Origin: Candidatus Hadarchaeota archaeon
Lineage (GTDB): Archaea > Hadarchaeota > Hadarchaeia > Hadarchaeales > Hadarchaeaceae
Length of the DNA: 32,000 bases
Direction of reading: 5' to 3'
Assembly (NCBI GenBank): GCA_964514965.1
Contig: CAZETV010000001.1
Span: 998,739-1,030,738, forward strand
Both the position numbers and the translations under genes were made by a program. Under the pieces are notes generated by a model. The model searched no databases and had not been told where the DNA came from. It saw nothing but the letters and a program-made list of their open reading frames with translations. Shown piece by piece: positions 25,755 to 32,000 of the stretch (positions within the stretch are counted from its first letter, which is position 1; the number at the start of each line of letters is the position of its first letter).

Positions 25755-26495
25755 TCAAACAGTTTCAAGTCCTCCTCTGACAGTGGAAATTTTTACTTTT
25801 TTCAATCCTTCTTTTTTTGCTGTGCGTGCGAGTTCTAGCAAGCGTTCGCGGTCGGGCATAGGAAGCTTTCGGAAGTCCTGGTCGAAAGTGCGCTGGTTGC
25901 GGAACTGTTGGAGACGCAAACAATCAACGCCTTTAACGTCGTTCGCTATCCGCGCTATGGTTCTCTCGTCGTCATTCAGTGTCGGCACTACCGTGGTACG
26001 CGCTTCGATTTCGGCTTTTGAGCTGATTACGAGCTTTAGGCTTTCTTTAACTTTGTCAGTTAAGTCTGGCACCCGCATTTGACCAGTCGCTCGGGCATAG
26101 AGTTTTGAATCACTCAGAGGTGCCTTGATGTCGATTGCGACGAAATCTAGATGAGGCAACAAACGTTCAAGCGTTTTGGGGTTGCTCCCGTTTGTTTCTA
26201 TAGCGCAATAGAATCCGAGTCCTTTCGATTTTTTCAAAATATCTAAGCAAGCTTCGGGCTGGAGGAGCGGCTCCCCTCCTGTGATCAAGATCGTGTCGAC
26301 GAGAGGTCCGAGCCTCTTGATTTGCTCGATGACTTCATTAGTATCAGCGTTCTTCCGCCCACTCGGGATAATGCCCTCAATATTCTGGCACCAAGGACAA
26401 CGGAGGTCACAACCTTGGAGGAATACGACTGTAACTAGTTTTCCTGGCCAGTCGACGGTGCTTAGGTTAGTGATGCCCATCAAGCGGAACTTCAA
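25755..26495 (-). CDS. nrdG: Anaerobic ribonucleoside-triphosphate reductase activating protein (radical SAM)
   Basis: FLQGCDLRCPWCQN cluster motif, ILITGGEPLLQ, ETNGSNP; adjacent to nrdD. Confidence 0.88.
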   Translation of the reverse strand: MKFRLMGITNLSTVDWPGKLVTVVFLQGCDLRCPWCQNIEGIIPSGRKNADTNEVIEQIKRLGPLVDTILITGGEPLLQPEACLDILKKSKGLGFYCAIETNGSNPKTLERLLPHLDFVAIDIKAPLSDSKLYARATGQMRVPDLTDKVKESLKLVISSKAEIEARTTVVPTLNDDERTIARIANDVKGVDCLRLQQFRNQRTFDQDFRKLPMPDRERLLELARTAKKEGLKKVKISTVRGGLETV

Positions 26496-26498
26496 ATG

Positions 26499-28337
26499 CT
26501 AGATCTCCTTCATGCTAACTTTCTCATCGTACTCAAGGCGGTCTCGGAACTCTTCCTGCTTTCCAACGTGCCAGTTTTGGACTGGGCGGAAGTATCCCAC
26601 GATGCGCGAGTATACTTCGGCAGGTTTCCCACAGAGTGGACATTTGAAGTGCTCTCCCCGCAGGTATCCGTGCTCCATGCAGATGCTGAAAGTGGGGGTT
26701 ATTGTGTAGTAGGGCAACCTAAAGTTCTCTGCTATTCTCCGGACGAGTACCTCGCAACCCTCGGCACTGCTCACCGCTTCCCCTAAAAAACTGTGGAAGA
26801 CCGTGCCACCGTTGTAGAGCACTTGCAAGTCATCCTGATGGCGGAGGGCCTCGGCAAGATTGTTCGTGTAGCCAACTGGCAGGTGCGTCGAGTTGGTGTA
26901 ATATGGAACCTTATTGCCAGAGGTGATAATTTTGGGGTAGTGTTTTTTGTCGAGTCTTGCCAAGCGATGACTTGTTCCCTCGGCCGGAGTCGCCTCCAGA
27001 TTGTAGATGTTGCCGGTCTCATCTTGGAACTCGAGTAATTTCTTTCGCATGAACTTTAGCACTTTAATCGCGAACTCCTTTCCTCCCTTTGTTTCAATAC
27101 CCTCCCCGAGAAAGTTTAGGCAGGCTTCGTGCATGCCAACCAATCCAACCGTCGAAAAGTGAAACTTGAGCGTGCCCAAGTAGCGCGCGGAGAAAGGTAG
27201 CAGCCCGCGTTCCATGTTTTTTCCAACAAACTCCCTCTTTATCTCCAAACTGTCTTTCGCGAGTTCCATCAATTTCCCAAGCCGCTCGAAGAATTCGCCT
27301 TCATCCTTCGAGATGTAACCTAACCGAGGCATATTTATCGTTACCACGCCCACGCTTCCTGTTTTTTCAGCATATCCGAAGAAGCCGCCGTACCTGCGGT
27401 GGAGTTCGCGCAAATCCAGCTGAAGCCGGCAACACATTGCTCTAACTTCACGGGGATTAATGCCTCCTTTTATACAGTTTTGGAAGTAAGGAATCCCAAA
27501 CTTCGCTGTAGCTTGAAAAAGCAGGTTGGAAACATCGGAGTCCCAGTCAAAATCTTTCGTCACGTTGTAAGTTGGGATTGGGAAGGTGAAAATACGCCCG
27601 CGCATGTCTCCGTGAAGCATTACGTCTAAGAAAGCTCGGTTGACGAGGTCGGCTTCGGACTGGAAATCGGCGTAGGTTTCGTCTAGGACTTTCCCCCCGT
27701 AAATCACCGGTTGCTCCTGCAGGTCCTCAGGCACTTTGAGCTCGAGGGCCAAGTTGGTGAATGGAGTCTGTCCACCCCAGCGTGATGAAATGTTGAGATT
27801 ATAAATGAACTCCTGCATCGCCTGTTTCACCTGCTTGTAACTCAATCCATCTTTCCGCACAAAGGGCGCGAGATAAATATCGAGCGAACTCACCGCCTGT
27901 GCTCCCGCCCACTCGTTCTGGACCGACCCTAGGAAATTGGAGATTTGGAGAAGAGCTGAAGAGAAGTGTTTTGCTGGGGAGGACTCAGTTCGTCCTGCGA
28001 TACCGCTGAAGCCCTGTAAAAGTAAGTCCTTGATGGACCAGCCCGCACAATAGCCTACTATTCCAAAAGGCACGTTGTGGATATGAAAATCGCCTTCGGT
28101 ATGGGCTAGCGCTATCTCACGTGGATAGACCTTCGAAAGTGCATAGCGCGCAACCGTCTCTCCAGCAGCTTGGAGAAAAAGAGACGAGAACGAATAGGCG
28201 ACATTTGCGTTCTCCTTGACACGCCAATTCTGCATCCCAATGTAATCGTCGACGAATTTAGCTGCGTCAATGTACTCGGGCTTGACCCTTGGCTTGGTCT
28301 TGGCTTTTCGCCTTTTTGGTTCGGCCTTTTTTGGCAT
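26499..28337 (-). CDS. nrdD: Anaerobic ribonucleoside-triphosphate reductase
   Basis: HNVPFGIVGYCAGWS, GVGVVTINMPRLGY-like, FSICMEHGYLRGEHFKCPLCG zinc motif, SRIVGYFRPVQNWHVGKQEEF glycyl-radical region. Confidence 0.95.
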   Translation of the reverse strand: MPKKAEPKRRKAKTKPRVKPEYIDAAKFVDDYIGMQNWRVKENANVAYSFSSLFLQAAGETVARYALSKVYPREIALAHTEGDFHIHNVPFGIVGYCAGWSIKDLLLQGFSGIAGRTESSPAKHFSSALLQISNFLGSVQNEWAGAQAVSSLDIYLAPFVRKDGLSYKQVKQAMQEFIYNLNISSRWGGQTPFTNLALELKVPEDLQEQPVIYGGKVLDETYADFQSEADLVNRAFLDVMLHGDMRGRIFTFPIPTYNVTKDFDWDSDVSNLLFQATAKFGIPYFQNCIKGGINPREVRAMCCRLQLDLRELHRRYGGFFGYAEKTGSVGVVTINMPRLGYISKDEGEFFERLGKLMELAKDSLEIKREFVGKNMERGLLPFSARYLGTLKFHFSTVGLVGMHEACLNFLGEGIETKGGKEFAIKVLKFMRKKLLEFQDETGNIYNLEATPAEGTSHRLARLDKKHYPKIITSGNKVPYYTNSTHLPVGYTNNLAEALRHQDDLQVLYNGGTVFHSFLGEAVSSAEGCEVLVRRIAENFRLPYYTITPTFSICMEHGYLRGEHFKCPLCGKPAEVYSRIVGYFRPVQNWHVGKQEEFRDRLEYDEKVSMKEI

Positions 28338-28382
28338 CTTTAACCAAATAAACTTACATCATCACCTTTAACGATATTTCGG

Positions 28383-29036
28383 TCATGTGAGCTTTTTTTG
28401 TTTTTCTTCGTTCTCGATTCGTTGTGCCGTCTTCCATGATTTCCGGGCGAACTCCGGTAGTTTGCCACGCTCACGCACCCAGCGCTCGAGGAAGGCGATC
28501 GTTCGAGGGTCCGAGGTGTAACCCGAGCCAAAATCGCCGTAACGTTCTCTCAACTTGGCTATACGTTGGTCGCGGCGGACCTTCGCGACAATCGAAGCAG
28601 CGGCCACGATAACATACTTGCGGTCGGCGAAATTCTCAATGACAAGCTTAGGCTTACTTTTGATATATTTTAGAACCCTCTGCTCGAAGAGCTTTGGATT
28701 TGGGTCGGGTGAGTCCAGATATGCGGATTTTGGCTTTAAGCGGTTTATAATTTGGGCGAATGTTTTTGCCTCCAACTCGTTGAGGTTGATTTTCTTGAGG
28801 AGGCGGAACTCGTCGATTTCTGCTGGGGATAACTCAACGATTTCTAAGCCCGACGCCCGTTCAGTTATGGTGCGGGCAAGTGTCTCACGCCTCCGGGGGC
28901 TGAGAAGTTTGGAGTCCTTCACCCCTGCTGCCTTGAGCTCATTTAGTTCTAATTCATCAAACTTCACGCCGCAGAGCACCATCGGGCCAAAAACTGGTCC
29001 GCGCCCCGCCTCGTCCAAGCCGGCGATACTTCCCAT
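28383..29036 (-). CDS. rnhB: Ribonuclease HII
   Basis: AGLDEAGRGPVFGPMVLCGV; KYVIVAAASIVAKVRRD; GDFGSGYTSDP. Confidence 0.93.
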   Translation of the reverse strand: MGSIAGLDEAGRGPVFGPMVLCGVKFDELELNELKAAGVKDSKLLSPRRRETLARTITERASGLEIVELSPAEIDEFRLLKKINLNELEAKTFAQIINRLKPKSAYLDSPDPNPKLFEQRVLKYIKSKPKLVIENFADRKYVIVAAASIVAKVRRDQRIAKLRERYGDFGSGYTSDPRTIAFLERWVRERGKLPEFARKSWKTAQRIENEEKQKKLT

Positions 29037-29079
29037 TTGGGGTCCTCTTAACTAATCCGTCTCTCCAGTCTCTTTAACC

Positions 29080-29373
29080 CTACCGCAGTCTTGAAGTTGC
29101 CGCAATCAGGCGTTTTTCATCGCGTAGCGCGAGCTCTTGCACGGCCAGCTGGGTTGCATCTGTGTTCACGAAGATTGTTTGAGTTTGTGCGTAGATCGGC
29201 AACGAGCGAAGGAGAGTAGATGTCGTGCCGTTCCCCACAAAATTTATAATTCACCTTCGCACGGGTTTAGGAAAAATCGTAACTCCTCGTGCTTCTAGCT
29301 CCCGCCAAATCCGCTCGCGGAGGGCTTGTTTATCTATCAAAACCCGAAGCTTTAATATGGCTCCAGCTTTCAT
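29080..29373 (-). pseudogene. Truncated 5-formyltetrahydrofolate cyclo-ligase-like gene with in-frame TGA at 29251-29253
   Basis: In-frame translation MKAGAILKLRVLIDKQALRERIWRELEARGVTIFPKPVRR*IINFVGNGTTSTLLRSLPIYAQTQTIFVNTDATQLAVQELALRDEKRLIAATSRLR*. Confidence 0.6.
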
Positions 29374-29386
29374 TTAGTCTTGTCAG

Positions 29387-30508
29387 GTGATCGCTATCGC
29401 ACATGGGGAAATCGATGTAAGGCCCATTGTCGGCGCGGTAGTTGTGTTCGCGATTATAGGTGCGGCCATTTTCGGCGTTTATTACTTCCTTATCGCAAAG
29501 CCTGCAGCCGAGGAACTCGAGCAGGCGAAGCTTTCAGCTTTGAGTCAGATAAATAATTCTCTGGCCTCGATAGAAACCGACCAAGCATCGACAGCGACAT
29601 CAAGCTATTCGGCTCAAGTGCTGGTAGCGAGTTCTAAGATCGAGGTCGAATCGATTTCGGCAAATGTGACTGCTACCATTCAGCTTGAGCAGAAGCGCAA
29701 GGAACTGCTGGACAAGGTTGACACTGCGGTTAATGGCACTTACTATTCAGCAACGGGCACCTCAGGCACGATAGCGGTGTCGGCTTTGTACACTCTTTTG
29801 GAAACTCTGGGACCTGCGGTAAACGCGAAAGGGACAATATCGGAACTGGAGGCATATGAAGCAGAAATCGACAGCCAAGCAACCTCAACATGGCAAACCT
29901 TCCATACCAACATAATCGGAGGCATGGCTGAAAACGAGATAGAAATGTGGAGGAGAAACTCTCCAGTATCGGGCGGGTATCTATCAAAGGATAATGCTCT
30001 CGCATACGTCAGCGAGGAAACTTGGGAAACCCTGCGCGAACTAAAATTCGAAGAAGCCAGCACCGTTGAGGTACCCATTCTGGATACCTTCCAAAGGACG
30101 CCCACGATTACATCTGGCTCGGTTGTCACCATTTATGTTTATGACATAGGCGCTGACAACATGGAAGAACTATGGACGGGTGTAACAGTCCAGAACGTGA
30201 TTTACTCCCAATCCGACATCGCTACCATTGCATGGGCTCTGACGGACGGAACCACCACGAACTCTTATTCGTTGAATATGTGGGAGACCATCAAGGCAGC
30301 TGCAGCCGGAGATGCAGATGCAGCAGCCATCGCTTGGCAGAATTACGGTGTGGATGTCATGGACCGCGCCAGAAGCGCAAATATTGGGGATTACAGCGTA
30401 TCAGTGATTTACGTGGTAAAGGTGCCGGACGAGATCGGTGAGAAGATAATGCAGTACGAGCTGCACATGAGCGCGACCAAAGACATCATCCTGATAGCAA
30501 CAGTTTAA
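29387..30508 (+). CDS. Membrane-anchored extracytoplasmic protein of unknown function
   Basis: Single N-terminal TM (PIVGAVVVFAIIGAAIFGVYYFLIA) followed by coiled, Ser/Thr/Ala-rich region. Confidence 0.6.
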   Translation: MIAIAHGEIDVRPIVGAVVVFAIIGAAIFGVYYFLIAKPAAEELEQAKLSALSQINNSLASIETDQASTATSSYSAQVLVASSKIEVESISANVTATIQLEQKRKELLDKVDTAVNGTYYSATGTSGTIAVSALYTLLETLGPAVNAKGTISELEAYEAEIDSQATSTWQTFHTNIIGGMAENEIEMWRRNSPVSGGYLSKDNALAYVSEETWETLRELKFEEASTVEVPILDTFQRTPTITSGSVVTIYVYDIGADNMEELWTGVTVQNVIYSQSDIATIAWALTDGTTTNSYSLNMWETIKAAAAGDADAAAIAWQNYGVDVMDRARSANIGDYSVSVIYVVKVPDEIGEKIMQYELHMSATKDIILIATV

Positions 30509-30557
30509 AAGTTCGATAATTTTTAGCGCGCAGCGTGCGACGAATCTACATGGGCAC

Positions 30558-31100
30558 ATGCCGAACAATTTCCTTATTACCGGACGATCTGGAAGCGGCA
30601 AAACTTCAATCATCGAGCGGACGATGTTTATCCTGCGCGAGCGGGGGTTTCGAGCTGGCGGGCTTTATTGCCCCGAGATTCGTGAGGGTGGAGTCCGGGT
30701 GGGTTTTAAAATAATCGACATAATGACGGGGGAGGAACGTATCTTGGCGCATGTCCGGCAGCGAGAGGGCCCTCAAGTCAGCAAATACAGAGTCAACGTC
30801 GCGAACGTGGACGAGTTCAGCGAGGCGGCGATTGGGCGGGCGCTGCGGGAGGCAGACTTCGTGGTCATCGACGAGATCGCTCCCATGGAGACACACAGCG
30901 AGGGCTTCAAGCGCTCGGTGTTGGACGCTCTCGACTCCCCCAAACCCTTGCTGGCGGTAATTTACCAGCGGACGCAGACAGGATTTATAGGCGAGATCAA
31001 AACTCGCGGCGAGGTCAAGATTTTCGAGGTGACGCAAAACACGCGAACGGAATTATCGGAAAGGCTCGCGAAAATCGTGCAAGGTTATTTTGAAAGTTGA
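30558..31100 (+). CDS. THEP1-family nucleoside triphosphatase
   Basis: Walker A ITGRSGSGKTSII, GGLYCPEIREGGVRVGFKIIDI, Walker B FVVIDEIAPME. Confidence 0.88.
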   Translation: MPNNFLITGRSGSGKTSIIERTMFILRERGFRAGGLYCPEIREGGVRVGFKIIDIMTGEERILAHVRQREGPQVSKYRVNVANVDEFSEAAIGRALREADFVVIDEIAPMETHSEGFKRSVLDALDSPKPLLAVIYQRTQTGFIGEIKTRGEVKIFEVTQNTRTELSERLAKIVQGYFES

Positions 31101-31115
31101 GTTTTTTGAAAACTC

Positions 31116-31766
31116 TCAGTTGGTACTCTCAAAACACTTTTTCCCGAGCTCTTTTGCGATCTCCTCCAGCGCCCGATTTGAAGCCGGCGCAAACTCTCGC
31201 TCGAGCTCCTGCACGAAACGGCTGCCGGGCGCTCCGAGCTGCCAGAGATCCACGTATATCTGGACGGGCGGGGCCGCGCCACTCTCGCTCAGGCGCGTGA
31301 GATGTTTATCGGGTGCAAGCACGAACAAATTTCTTTCCTTATTCTCATTGGACTTAAATGCGCGTTTTATCTCGTCGTCACTGGCATAGACGAAGACTTG
31401 CTCGTAATCTGCGGGCGTCGAGCCAAGTCTAGCACGAAGACCGGAATAAGCCGTTAGAATAGCACCGCGCGGCAGTTTCGCTTCTAGTTCACTGGTAGTC
31501 ATGGGCACGAAGGTGGCGTAGGTGATGTCTCTGGCGAGCTCCCGGGTGACTGCCCAGTAGAGCAGCGCGCGTTTCGGGTCGATTAGACGAAACCCGAGTG
31601 GCTTGCGATTAATCGCCCCTATCTGCTCAAGGCGCGAAATAAGCGGATTTGTGGTGCCAAGCGAGAGTCCACATGTTTCTGAGAGTCCTTTCTGGCTGAA
31701 GAACCGCTCGCCCCGTCCGTAGAAGCGGTGGAGAATCTCGCGAAGGATCCGGTCGATTTTCCTTAT
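31116..31766 (-). CDS. Winged-helix domain protein; coding region extended upstream of the track ORF (31508) with a non-canonical start (possible ATA)
   Basis: Open frame upstream encodes IRKIDRILREILHRFYGRGERFFSQKGLSETCGLSLGTTNPLISRLEQIGAINRKPLGFRLIDPKRALLYWAVTRELARDITYATFVPM; wHTH-like. Confidence 0.6.
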   Translation of the reverse strand: MRKIDRILREILHRFYGRGERFFSQKGLSETCGLSLGTTNPLISRLEQIGAINRKPLGFRLIDPKRALLYWAVTRELARDITYATFVPMTTSELEAKLPRGAILTAYSGLRARLGSTPADYEQVFVYASDDEIKRAFKSNENKERNLFVLAPDKHLTRLSESGAAPPVQIYVDLWQLGAPGSRFVQELEREFAPASNRALEEIAKELGKKCFESTN

Positions 31767-31803
31767 CGGAACCCCAGAAAAGATTGGGGGACGCTTTTAA
31801 ATA

Positions 31804-31827
31804 GGGTTTCGGTTTTTCACGAAACCC
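31804..31827. promoter_or_regulatory. Perfect inverted repeat GGGTTTCG-N8-CGAAACCC abutting the TATA-like box of the winged-helix gene
   Basis: Arms 31804-31811 and 31820-31827; TATA-like TTTAAAA region (minus strand) at about 31797-31804. Confidence 0.6.
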
Positions 31828-31945
31828 CCTTAAGCCGCTATGTCCATCGTCACTGAATTCTCGCCAAAACCCCTAATAAAAGAGTGGGGGCTACTGGCGA
31901 ACCAGCGCGACTCCTTAATCCGCTTATAAAGGTTTCGATAGTGGT

Positions 31946-32000
31946 GGCTTTGTTGCAAAAGTCGCCCCTGTTGCAAAAGTTCGTTTTGCTAAAGTCGCGT
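31946..32000 (+). mobile_element. Terminus of a related transposon continuing beyond the window
   Basis: GGCTTTGTTGCAAAAGTCG (31946-31964) is the exact reverse complement of the right terminus of the 21162-25679 element (25661-25679); second TGTTGCAAAAGT at 31969-31980. Confidence 0.65.

Noticed and set aside
29251-29253. UGA as selenocysteine in the cyclo-ligase-like remnant
   Set aside because: The position is not a catalytic Cys in the family pattern and the frame also ends prematurely downstream, so decay is more likely.
1-32000. CRISPR arrays, tRNAs and rRNAs
   Set aside because: No regularly spaced direct repeats with unique spacers of CRISPR type and no tRNA T-arm consensus or rRNA segments were noticed. 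This was a manual scan, so a short tRNA cannot be fully excluded without tRNAscan-SE.

Overview
Archaeal chromosomal window with mostly housekeeping content: FAD-dependent geranylgeranyl-reductase-like protein, Pth2, ThiL, PheS/PheT, NrdG/NrdD, RNase HII and THEP1 NTPase. Promoters are TATA-like and class III signal peptides (QGATEYLLML) are present. Three accessory or unusual regions stand out. (1) A type IV pilus-like island spans about 8.6-18.9 kb: secretion ATPase, two TadC/FlaJ-like membrane proteins, an HTH protein, three class III pilins (two are tandem duplicates), and a compact minus-strand operon of seven pilin-like or membrane-anchored proteins. It is flanked by two MinD-type ATPases, one of which has the P-loop lysine replaced by arginine. 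(2) A previously unflagged 4.5-kb mobile element (about 21162-25679) has imperfect terminal inverted repeats and a perfect 9-bp flanking duplication (AGGATTTGA). It carries a SWIM-zinc-finger DDE transposase and, divergently, a regulator-like ORF plus a split nuclease / methyltransferase-specificity restriction-modification cassette. Its termini contain bipartite ACTTTTGCAACA repeats with 20-bp periodicity. A related terminus lies at the right edge of the window and a diverged one lies inside the element. (3) There are two candidate stand-alone structured RNAs: 148-380, with a TATA box, a perfect 10-bp terminal helix and a T-run; and about 8235-8510, with multiple hairpins followed by a repeated GCGG(G)AACAC box. 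Other anomalies are a serine-protease (S8) ORF that ends before its catalytic serine, a truncated 5-formyl-THF cyclo-ligase-like pseudogene with an in-frame UGA, and a winged-helix gene whose conserved-looking N-terminus lacks any ATG/GTG/TTG start. No tRNA, rRNA or CRISPR was seen. All calls come from reading the sequence; no database search was run.
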